Of a DNA stretch of 64,000 bases, positions 29,758 to 38,154 are shown one piece after another; positions within the stretch are counted from its first letter, which is position 1, and each line of letters opens with the position of its first letter. The position numbers and the translations under genes are program-made. The stretch is from an uncultured Verrucomicrobiae bacterium (lineage in GTDB: Bacteria; Verrucomicrobiota; Verrucomicrobiia; Chthoniobacterales; UBA10450): the NCBI GenBank assembly GCA_963762685.1, contig CAVXLV010000006.1, positions 167,308 to 231,307 on the forward strand, given 5' to 3'. The notes beneath the pieces are model-generated. The model did not search any database and was not told the DNA's origin. It was given only the letters and a program-made list of their open reading frames with translations.

Positions 29758-30914
29758 GGCGTTGGCTCGTCGCGCTGATGTTTTTGCTCGCCGCTTGCGA
29801 GCATGACGCCACGACTGCGGCTTCGCCAACCAAACCGCTCGATCCGCGCGGACGTAAACTGGTTCTGCCCGAGCACGGAATTTACACGGGCGCGTACATG
29901 AACTTCGGCGAGCACGAAGACGATGTGACCCTGGAAAAGATCGAAGCTTTCGAGGAGCTGGTCGGAAAACATCAGGCGATCATTGCCTCGTCCTCTTACT
30001 GGGGAGAGCAGACGTTTCCCGCGGCGAATTTGCAAATCATCGCGCGCCACGGTGCGGTCCCGCTGGTCTTTTGGTCGCCGTGGGATCGTCCCTACGAAGA
30101 GGATCGCGGGCCGGATAAATATTCGCTTTCCTCGATCCTAGCCGGCGCGCACGACGCCTATATCGATCGCTGGGCGGATGGGGCACGGGAATTTGGCGGC
30201 CCCATGGTGCTCTCGTTCGGGAACGAGGCGAACGGATCCTGGTTTCCGTGGAGCGGGAAATATTACGGCGGCGGGACGCAGATTCCCGGAACGGATCCGC
30301 CGCAGTTCCAGGGGCCAGAAACCTTCAAACGCGCCTTTCGTTATCTCGTCGATCGCTTTCGCGCGCGCGGCGCCACCAACGTGCAATGGGTGCTGCACTT
30401 GATGGACTACTCCACGCCGGGGGAGGAATGGAATCTTGCGGCGCAATATTATCCCGGCGCCGATTACGTCGACTGGCTTGGCTTCAGCCTCTACGGCGCG
30501 CAATTCCCGAGCGATGACGGCTACCCGAATTTTGTCTCCTGTTTCGATTGGCCTTACACGGAATTGACCCAGATCGATTCGACCAAACCGATCATGCTTT
30601 GCGAATGGGGCGTGGGCGAGTTTCCCGCGCTCGGCGACAAAGGGGAATGGATTCGCGGAGCGTGGGCAACGATGAGTCAGGGCGAGAAATATCCGCGTTT
30701 CAAGGCGGCGGTTTTTTGGCACGAACGCTGGCAAAACAGCGTGAACAGTGGAGGCGCGGGGAACGAAAATGCCGGGAAGTATAGCGACCTCCGCGCAAAT
30801 TCCTCGGCCGGCGCCTTGAAAGCCTACCGCGCGGGAGTGGCGGCGCCGTATTTCATCGGTACCCCAGCCTTCACCGACCCTGCTGCGCCGGTTCGCGTTT
30901 CTCCCGCGCGCTGA
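29754..30914 (+). CDS. GH26-like glycoside hydrolase lipoprotein
   Basis: The start ATG at 29754 forms an ATGA overlap with the synthase stop. Lipobox LMFLLAAC. GH26-like catalytic blocks SFGNEANGSWFPWSG and IMLCEWGVGEF. Confidence 0.6.
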   Translation: MRRWLVALMFLLAACEHDATTAASPTKPLDPRGRKLVLPEHGIYTGAYMNFGEHEDDVTLEKIEAFEELVGKHQAIIASSSYWGEQTFPAANLQIIARHGAVPLVFWSPWDRPYEEDRGPDKYSLSSILAGAHDAYIDRWADGAREFGGPMVLSFGNEANGSWFPWSGKYYGGGTQIPGTDPPQFQGPETFKRAFRYLVDRFRARGATNVQWVLHLMDYSTPGEEWNLAAQYYPGADYVDWLGFSLYGAQFPSDDGYPNFVSCFDWPYTELTQIDSTKPIMLCEWGVGEFPALGDKGEWIRGAWATMSQGEKYPRFKAAVFWHERWQNSVNSGGAGNENAGKYSDLRANSSAGALKAYRAGVAAPYFIGTPAFTDPAAPVRVSPAR

Positions 30915-30981
30915 CAATTCTTTTACAATCTTCGCACGGCGCTCTGACACAGCGTGGCGTGAGTCGTGTCAGGCTTGGAGC

Positions 30982-32313
30982 ATGAAAAAACTCCAGTTGC
31001 TCCTCCTCGCCGGTGCGCTTGCGCAAGCAGCCTCGGCTTCACCCGCGCCCGACGTCACTCTCCGCGTGACGCCGGATCGCGATTACGTTTACCGCTCCGG
31101 CCCGCACGAGATGATCGTGCAGGTGGAAATCGAGGGCCGCAAAAACGATGACGGTCGCCGCGCGCCGATGAACCTCTGTGTTGTCCTCGATCGCAGCGGA
31201 TCGATGGAAGGCGCGAAGATCGAGAAAGCCCGCCAGGCCGCCGCGATGGCGGTGGATAAACTCGGCGACGACGACATCTTTTCGCTCGTCACCTACGACA
31301 ACGAGACGCGGCTGCTCATTCCGCCGCAACGCATCGGAGGACGCGATCACCGCGAGGAGATGAAGGCGCGGATCCACAGCATCCAGCCCGGCGGCAGCAC
31401 CGCTTTGCATGCCGGCGTGGTCCTGGGCGCGCGACAGGTGCGGGATAAATTCGCAAAGGAGCGCGTCAATCGCGTGATCTTGCTCTCGGACGGCATCGCC
31501 AACTCCGGACCCAGCAGCACCGCCGAGCTCGCGAGTCTTGGTCGCGAATTGCGCAGCGACGGTATCGCAGTCAGCACGGTCGGCCTGGGTGACGACTACA
31601 ACGAAGACCTCATGACCGCGCTCGCGGAGTCCAGTAACGCCAACTATTACTACGTGAAGGACGCGGAGAAATTGCCGGGCGTTTTCGCGCAGGAACTCGG
31701 CACCGCGCGTTCGCTGCTCGCGCGCAGCATCGTCATCCGCATCGAGGCGCCGGAAGGCGTGCGCCTGAAGGAAATCATCGGCCGGCCGGATATCGACTGC
31801 GACGATCGGGTGGTGCAGATCAAAATGCCGGAACTCTTCGGCTCGGAGAAGCGGCGTTTCCTCGTGCGCTGTGTGGCGGAAGGAAAATCGGCGGCCGATG
31901 CGATCGAAGCCGCGGCGGTGGAATTAAACTACGCGACACTCAGCGGTGCCCCTGCGCCTTCGCAACGGCAGGCGGTTAAGGTGGCGTTCACCGATGATGA
32001 AAAGAAAGCCGACGCCAGCCTTCGGGTGGAAGTGGCGCGCGAACAAAGCGTAGTGCAGAACCGGCTCGCGAAAGAGCTGGCCGTGAAACTCGCAGACGAA
32101 GGCAAAGCGAAGGACGCCGTCGCGGTCTTGCGGAAACAGGCAGCGCAAAATGCAGCCGCTCCCGCAGCGATGCAGGTCCCGGGATTAGCCGACGAGAACC
32201 GGAAACTCGAAGCCGCCGCTTCAGAAATCGATTCCGCCGGTTCGCTCGCAAAATCGCGCCGCAAAGCCATGCAATACGAAAACTACGCGGACAAATATCA
32301 GAAAGGCCGGTGA
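30982..32313 (+). CDS. secreted von Willebrand factor A (VWA) domain protein
   Basis: 443 aa with signal peptide MKKLQLLLLAGALAQAASA. MIDAS motif VLDRSGSM, plus GGSTAL and ILLSDGIAN. The C-terminus is Ala/Lys-rich and helical. Confidence 0.8.
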   Translation: MKKLQLLLLAGALAQAASASPAPDVTLRVTPDRDYVYRSGPHEMIVQVEIEGRKNDDGRRAPMNLCVVLDRSGSMEGAKIEKARQAAAMAVDKLGDDDIFSLVTYDNETRLLIPPQRIGGRDHREEMKARIHSIQPGGSTALHAGVVLGARQVRDKFAKERVNRVILLSDGIANSGPSSTAELASLGRELRSDGIAVSTVGLGDDYNEDLMTALAESSNANYYYVKDAEKLPGVFAQELGTARSLLARSIVIRIEAPEGVRLKEIIGRPDIDCDDRVVQIKMPELFGSEKRRFLVRCVAEGKSAADAIEAAAVELNYATLSGAPAPSQRQAVKVAFTDDEKKADASLRVEVAREQSVVQNRLAKELAVKLADEGKAKDAVAVLRKQAAQNAAAPAAMQVPGLADENRKLEAAASEIDSAGSLAKSRRKAMQYENYADKYQKGR

Positions 32314-32421
32314 CGCGTCGCCCCGGACCGGCGGACCGTGCGGAGGAGGCTCTCCGCACGCGTCCCGCCGGGACGTGGCTACAATTGCCGACGCAAACGT
32401 GATAGCCTGCGCCCGCCTCTT

Positions 32422-34276
32422 GTGAAACGAAGCATCTGGATCTTCCTCCTCGCCATCGCGCTGCCGAGCATCGGGCTGGGCTGGCTGGCGCTGCGGAGTG
32501 CAGGCGAGCAGCAGATCATCCTCGAACGGCGGACGGCGGAGCTTTACCAGAAGGAAACCGATGCGGTGGCGTTGGGCGCGCGGGAGTTGATCGAGGATGA
32601 GCGGCGCGGTTTTGCGGAAGCGGTGCGGCAATTATTCGTGAGCGAGCAGGCGCCGCAATTGGCCCAGGATTTTGCGGCCAAGCTCGCCCGCACCTGGCCG
32701 CGCGCGGCTGTTGGTTTCGCGCTGGCTGCGGACGGCAATCTCATTTCGCCTTCTGCGGAGGAGGCGCGGAGCGACGTCGAGCGCCAGAAATTCCTGCTTA
32801 ACAACAGCGCGTTCCTCTCGGGTAACGCCGCGGCCACGGTTTACTCGGTGCCTCCCGAAGAACCGCCTTACGCCGCCGACCAGCGGAGAAAAACGAAGAC
32901 TCGATTGGAGGACAAAGCTGCCGCGACGGCGTCCCGTGATGCCGGCGCCGTCCGCAAGCAATCCCAAAAAGCCGCCGCGCCTCCCGCTGCGGCCGCGCCC
33001 GCGCCCGCGATGGCGAAAGAGGAGGACGCGGGTCGGCCACAGTTGCGTAATGTCGCCCCGCAGCGCGTGCTGCAGGAGAATACGCCCGCCATTTCGCAGC
33101 TGGTGCCGGCGACGGCGGATTTCCGGGCGCTGACTTCCGATCGTCCCGAAGGCGTCGTGACGCGGTTCATGCAGGACCAACTCGAGATCGTTTTCTGGCT
33201 GCGGCCACCGGAAGCGGCGGGCATGATTTTCGGGTGTGTGGTGAAGGCGGACGCGCTGGCTAATTTGTGGCGGAACGCTTTGCCCGCGGAAGCCCCGGCC
33301 GAAGTGGTGCTGGCTATTTTAAACGACAGGACGCGGCCAGTGGTGACGCAGCCGCCTAACGAGCGGACGCGGGAGTGGGGCCGACCGTTTGTGGCTTCGG
33401 AAATTGGAGAAGCGTTACCCCACTGGGAAGCGGCGCTTTACCTGCATGCGTCCGCAGCAGTTGCAGGAAAATGCGCGGGACGTCCGGCGTAATCTCCTGC
33501 TCTTGATTGCCGTCGCGCTGGCGGCCATCGCCTTTGGCGGCTGGGCGGTTTTCGCAGATGCGCGTCGGCAGCTCGCTCTGGCGCAGAAGAAGACGGATTT
33601 CGTCTCCAACGTCTCGCATGAATTGAAGACGCCGCTCACTTCGATCCGCATGTTTGCCGAGCTGATGCAGAGCGGGAACGTGGCCGAGGAAAAGCGGCCG
33701 CAGTATTTGCGCATCATCATGGCGGAAGCGGAGCGGCTCACGCGCTTGATCAACAATGTGCTCGATTTCGCGCGGATGGAGCGGAAGCAGAAGCGGTATG
33801 ATTTTCGGCCGCTGGATTTGCACGAGGTGCTCGCGCGGACCTGGGAGGGGCAGGAATTGCATTTGCGCGAGCAGGGTTTTCAAACCCGCTGGCAGGATGC
33901 GCCGGGTCCCTATCCCGTGCGTGGGGACGAGGACGCGCTCGCGCAAGTTTTGGTGAACCTGATTTCGAACGCGGAAAAGTACAGCGGCGAACGGAAGGAA
34001 GTGGAACTGCACAGCTACCTGAATGACGGCTCCATTTGCGTGAGCGTGCTCGACCGCGGATCAGGCGTGCCGGTTGGCGAAGACGGGAAGATTTTCGAAG
34101 CGTTTTATCGTGCGCACGATTCGCTCGCGAGCGGCATCCAGGGCTCCGGTCTCGGACTGACGCTGGCGCAGCGCCTGGCGCAGGAACATGGCGGCGAAAT
34201 TATTTATCAGCCGCGCGAAGGCGGGGGGAGTAATTTCACTTTGCGGCTGCCGTCGGTGGGGGAGAAAGCGAAATGA
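32422..34276 (+). pseudogene. sensor histidine kinase (periplasmic sensor + HisKA + HATPase_c), one +1 frameshift
   Basis: GTG start at 32422 (VKRSIWIFLLAIALPSIGLGWLAL). A long periplasmic domain contains an Ala/Pro-rich stretch. It continues in ORF 33389..34276: a second TM segment LLLLIAVALAAIAFGGW, the H-box FVSNVSHELKTPLTSI, the N box LISNAEKY, and G boxes GSGLGL. The join is near 33441-33446. The span is 1855 nt, which is 3n+1. Confidence 0.8.
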
Positions 34277-34965
34277 AAAAGCACATCCTCGTGGTTGAAG
34301 ATGACTCGCATATCCGGCTGGGGCTTTGCGATGCCTTGCGCGCGGAAGGCTACGAGGTGAGCGAGTGCCGCGATGGTGCGCAAGCCGGTCCGCTGATCAA
34401 GCAGAGCAAGCCGAACCTGGTCATCCTCGACATCATGTTGCCGGGGAAGAGCGGCTTTGATCTCTGTCGCGACATGCGCGCGGCGAAGAACCGTGTCCCC
34501 ATTCTGATGCTCTCGGCCAAGGGGCAGGAGATCGATAAGGTGGTGGGGCTGGAACTAGGCGCGGATGATTACGTGACCAAGCCCTTCAGCCTGCGCGAAC
34601 TGCTCGCGCGTGTGCAGGCGCTTTTGCGTCGCGCGGAAGTTGGCGGAGCGGCGAGCGAGTTCCCAATGGAGATCGCTTTCGGAAAAGTGCGCATCGATGG
34701 CAAGGCCTTGCGCGGGAAGCGTGGGAAGGAAGCGATCGAGCTGACGCCGCGCGAGATGAAGGTGCTGGCGGTGCTCTTTCGCGAACGCGGGAACGCGGTT
34801 TCGCGGGAGGCCTTGCTCAACGAAGTGTGGGGCGTTGATTATTACGGGACGACGCGCACGCTCGATCAATTGATCGTGAAGTTGCGGCAAAAAATCGAAG
34901 ACGTGCCAGGCGAGCCGCGCCATTTGCTGACTGTGCATACGCTGGGATATCGCCTCGAAGGGTGA
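34273..34965 (+). CDS. OmpR/PhoB-family response regulator
   Basis: 230 aa. Receiver domain (ILVVEDD, LVILDIMLPG, the phospho-acceptor Asp context) plus a winged-helix domain (LTPREMKVLAVL, TLDQLIVKLRQKI, GYRL). ATGA overlap with the kinase stop. Confidence 0.9.
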   Translation: MKKHILVVEDDSHIRLGLCDALRAEGYEVSECRDGAQAGPLIKQSKPNLVILDIMLPGKSGFDLCRDMRAAKNRVPILMLSAKGQEIDKVVGLELGADDYVTKPFSLRELLARVQALLRRAEVGGAASEFPMEIAFGKVRIDGKALRGKRGKEAIELTPREMKVLAVLFRERGNAVSREALLNEVWGVDYYGTTRTLDQLIVKLRQKIEDVPGEPRHLLTVHTLGYRLEG

Positions 34966-35032
34966 TCCGGCGCCAGGCCGACGCGCCTTCTCGATCTTGC
35001 CAAGCTGGGTTTTGGCAGCGCATTCTCTTCGG

Positions 35033-37072
35033 ATGAATGCTCCTTCTCTCTGGACCGCGATCCGTTTCTTTCGTGCGCTGATGATTCTATCTTTCGTGGG
35101 CGGCGCACTCATCGCCGGGGCGCAAATCGCGCCGCCGCCGCAGGCACCCGGGACGGAGCCGAGGCCGGACCAGAGCGGCAAGGCGCTGATCACGAAGGAA
35201 AGGCCGGCAGCGATCAAAGACGTGCTGGCAAAAAAGGACGATGCTCGGGCGGTGCAGCAATACACGATCGAGCAGTTCATGGACACGACGAAGATCGGCG
35301 GGGGCGCGTTTTCGCACGATGAGAAGGAGATCCTGTTCCACAGCAACAAGAGCGGAATCTTTAACGTCTACAGTGTGCCCGTGGCGGGCGGCGAACCGAA
35401 GCAGCTAACCAATTCGACGAAGGAAAGTGTGTATGTCGTGACGACGTTTCCGGCAGACGCGCGCTTTCTTTACACCTACGACAAAGGCGGGAACGAGAAT
35501 TCGCATCTTTTTCTGCGCGAGCTGGACGGGACTGAGAAAGACCTGACGCCCGGGGAAAAGACGAAGGCTAATTTTGTGAAGTGGAGTCAGGATCGGAAGG
35601 CCTTCTATTTTTCCACGAACGAGCGCGATCCGAAGTATTTCGATCTCTTCCGGATGACGGTGGCGGACCTGAAAGCGGAGCTGATTTTTAAGAACGAGGT
35701 GGGCTACGACGTCGGCGATATTTCCAATGACGGGAAGTTTATCGCGTTCGGGAAATCGGGCGATTCCACCGCCGACTCGGATGTTTATCTCTACACGGTC
35801 GAGACGAAAGATTTGCAGAAGATCACGGCGCACCAAGGCGAGGTGCAGAACGATCCCGCGACGTTCGATGTGGATTCGAAGGCTCTCTATTTTCTCTCGA
35901 ATGAGGGGGACGAGTTCACCTACGCGGCGCGCTACGATCTCAAGAGCGGGAAGCGCGACGTGGTCGAGAAGGCGAAATGGGACATCACTCGTTTCGATTT
36001 TTCGCGCACGGGAAAATATCGCATCCTCGTGACGAACGAAGACGCGCGGAGGAAGATCACGCTCACCGAAACGGCAACGGGCAAAGCGGTGGAGTTGCCC
36101 AAATTGCCCGATGGCGACGTCGCCGGAGTGAACATTTCCGAGAGCGAAGAGCGGATGCTTTTTTACCACAACGGAGCGCGCTCACCGAACAACCTCTACG
36201 CGTATGAATTTGCGTCCAAGAAGGTGGTCAAACTCTCGGATACGCTGAGCTCCGCGATCAACCCGGAGGATTTGGTGGAGTCGCGAGTGGTGCGTTATAA
36301 GTCGTTCGATGGGATGGAGATTCCGGCCATTCTTTATCAGCCCCAGGGAGCGAGCGCGGAGAAGAAGGTCCCGGCCATTGTCATGGTGCATGGCGGACCG
36401 GGCGGGCAGGCGCGCATGCCCTACAACGCGCTGGTGCAATACCTTGCGAATCATGGTTACGCCGTGCTCGATGTGAACAATCGCGGCTCGAGTGGCTACG
36501 GAAAAACCTTCTTCACCGCGGACGATCGCAAGCACGGACGCGAGCCGCTGTGGGACTGTGTGGAAGCGAAGAAGTATCTCGGTTCGTTAGGCTACGTGGC
36601 GACGGACAAAATCGGCATCATGGGCGGCTCCTACGGCGGCTATATGGTGCTGGCGGCGCTGGCGTTCAAACCGGAGGCGTTCGATGTGGGGGTGGATATT
36701 TTCGGTGTCTCGAACTGGGTGCGGACCTTGCAAAACATTCCGCCGTATTGGGAGGCGCAGCGGAAGGCGCTCTACGCGGAAATCGGGAATCCGGAGACAG
36801 AACTCGAGATGCTAAAGGAGACGTCGCCGCTCTTTCACGCGGATAAGATTACGAAGCCGCTCATCGTGCTGCAGGGGAAGAATGATCCGCGCGTGATCAA
36901 GGCGGAATCGGATGAGATCGTGGAGGCGATCAAAAAGAAGAAGGGCGTGGTGGAATACGTGGTATTCGACGATGAGGGGCACGGCTTCCGGAAGAAGGAA
37001 AACGAACTGCGCGCCTACAAAGCGATTCTCGACTTTCTGGAACAGCACCTTAGAAACGGCGCCAAAGGATAA
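35033..37072 (+). CDS. S9 family serine peptidase (prolyl oligopeptidase / dipeptidyl aminopeptidase-like), secreted
   Basis: N-terminal beta-propeller region and a C-terminal alpha/beta hydrolase domain: VMVHGGPGGQ, nucleophile GIMGGSYGGYM, and VLQGKNDPRV...DDEGHGF. The likely start is the ATG at 35033 (MNAPSLWTAIRFF..). Confidence 0.85.
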   Translation: MNAPSLWTAIRFFRALMILSFVGGALIAGAQIAPPPQAPGTEPRPDQSGKALITKERPAAIKDVLAKKDDARAVQQYTIEQFMDTTKIGGGAFSHDEKEILFHSNKSGIFNVYSVPVAGGEPKQLTNSTKESVYVVTTFPADARFLYTYDKGGNENSHLFLRELDGTEKDLTPGEKTKANFVKWSQDRKAFYFSTNERDPKYFDLFRMTVADLKAELIFKNEVGYDVGDISNDGKFIAFGKSGDSTADSDVYLYTVETKDLQKITAHQGEVQNDPATFDVDSKALYFLSNEGDEFTYAARYDLKSGKRDVVEKAKWDITRFDFSRTGKYRILVTNEDARRKITLTETATGKAVELPKLPDGDVAGVNISESEERMLFYHNGARSPNNLYAYEFASKKVVKLSDTLSSAINPEDLVESRVVRYKSFDGMEIPAILYQPQGASAEKKVPAIVMVHGGPGGQARMPYNALVQYLANHGYAVLDVNNRGSSGYGKTFFTADDRKHGREPLWDCVEAKKYLGSLGYVATDKIGIMGGSYGGYMVLAALAFKPEAFDVGVDIFGVSNWVRTLQNIPPYWEAQRKALYAEIGNPETELEMLKETSPLFHADKITKPLIVLQGKNDPRVIKAESDEIVEAIKKKKGVVEYVVFDDEGHGFRKKENELRAYKAILDFLEQHLRNGAKG

Positions 37073-37110
37073 GCGGCCGCGCGCGCGGTGGGCCGGGTCT
37101 AGACAGCAAA

Positions 37111-37146
37111 GGCCCGGAGTCGCAGCGCGCTCCGGGCCTTGTTCGG
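37111..37146. terminator. bidirectional intrinsic terminator between the S9 peptidase gene and a reverse-strand small ORF
   Basis: 9-bp GC stem GGCCCGGAG (37111-37119) pairs with CTCCGGGCC (37130-37138), with a 10-nt loop. It is followed by TTGTTC on the plus strand and preceded by the complement of TTTGCTG for the minus strand. A second hairpin, CTCGCG-ACCG-CGCGAG, lies at about 37154-37169. Confidence 0.55.
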
Positions 37147-37187
37147 CCTGTCGCTCGCGACCGCGCGAGACGAACGGAATTAACAGA

Positions 37188-37367
37188 TTAAACGTCCTCG
37201 ACTTCCTTCTTTTGCGCGTCGAGCCCGGGGCTGATCCCGCCAGACCGGCCGTCGAAAACTTTCACGTGGGGACTGCCGCCACTGACATCACCCTCTGGGG
37301 TCATATCTTCCAGTGGCTCTGCTTTTTCGATCTCTTTTTTCTGAGCGTCTGTTTCGTTTTCCATCAT
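37188..37367 (-). CDS. hypothetical small acidic protein (59 aa, below the ORF-track cutoff)
   Basis: The reverse strand reads MMENETDAQKKEIEKAEPLEDMTPEGDVSGGSPHVKVFDGRSGGISPGLDAQKKEVEDV, ending at TAA (37188-37190). It lies 112 nt downstream of the LolA-like gene on the same strand and is followed by the hairpins at 37111-37169. No family is recognised. Confidence 0.3.
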   Translation of the reverse strand: MMENETDAQKKEIEKAEPLEDMTPEGDVSGGSPHVKVFDGRSGGISPGLDAQKKEVEDV

Positions 37368-37479
37368 GGACCTTTCGTTAGGATTTATTGTCCGGCTCCG
37401 GCCGGGGTGGACCGCTGATGGTGATGGAGGCGGGAGCCAGTGTCCAGCTTGGAAGTTAGACTACAAAGGCGCGCCGTGA

Positions 37480-38154
37480 CTACTTCGGGCCACCCAGCGG
37501 GGTGGTGATTTTCGTGCCGGCCGGTGGAGTGAACTGGAACAGCGCAGGATCAATCGAGGCCCGAGATTCGTTGGAGTAAATGGTCACTATTTTGTCACCA
37601 TTCGGCTGCGACATTTCGGTGCGATCGACCTGGAGGGAGCCGTTAAAATGAATCATGAAACGCTGCAGCATCCGTTTCATCGAGGGCGTGCGCGGTGTCA
37701 GTTCGAGAACATGGCCATTGGCCTCACTCGCGCCGGTAATGTGATAATTTTCTTCTACGCCTTGCAGATTGAGGCTGGCGGTGATGGCGGCAATCCCAGC
37801 CTCGAGCGGAGAGCGCTTGCCTAACGAATAGCGTTCGGCGGAATCAAACTTCGGGTAATAGAGCCAAAGCGTGGTCCCGTCGCTCACGGTCAGGCTGGGG
37901 GTGTTACCTCTGACTTCGCGGCGGAATTTATTCGGCGCCTGAAACCAAACTTTGCCAGCGCTCACGACTGGTTTGTTCATCATCTTGATCGATTTCTCTT
38001 CCTGAAAATCGGCCTGCACTTGCGGGGCGGCGGCGCGTTTCTCGCGAATGCGGGCGAGGAGGCTTTTCAGTTCGCCAGGCGCGAGCGGCGCGGCTGGGGC
38101 GAGAATCGGATTGAGAGCAAGGAGGAAGAGGGAGGTGAAGAGTAACTTAGACAT
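37480..38154 (-). CDS. LolA-like outer-membrane lipoprotein carrier family protein
   Basis: Realistic start ATG at 38154 (MSKLLFTSLFLLALNPILAPA signal). LolA-family pattern ADFQEEKSIKMM...SAGKVWFQAPNKFRREV...TVSDGTTLWLYYPKF. The start overlaps the MMPL stop by 8 nt. Confidence 0.7.
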   Translation of the reverse strand: MSKLLFTSLFLLALNPILAPAAPLAPGELKSLLARIREKRAAAPQVQADFQEEKSIKMMNKPVVSAGKVWFQAPNKFRREVRGNTPSLTVSDGTTLWLYYPKFDSAERYSLGKRSPLEAGIAAITASLNLQGVEENYHITGASEANGHVLELTPRTPSMKRMLQRFMIHFNGSLQVDRTEMSQPNGDKIVTIYSNESRASIDPALFQFTPPAGTKITTPLGGPK

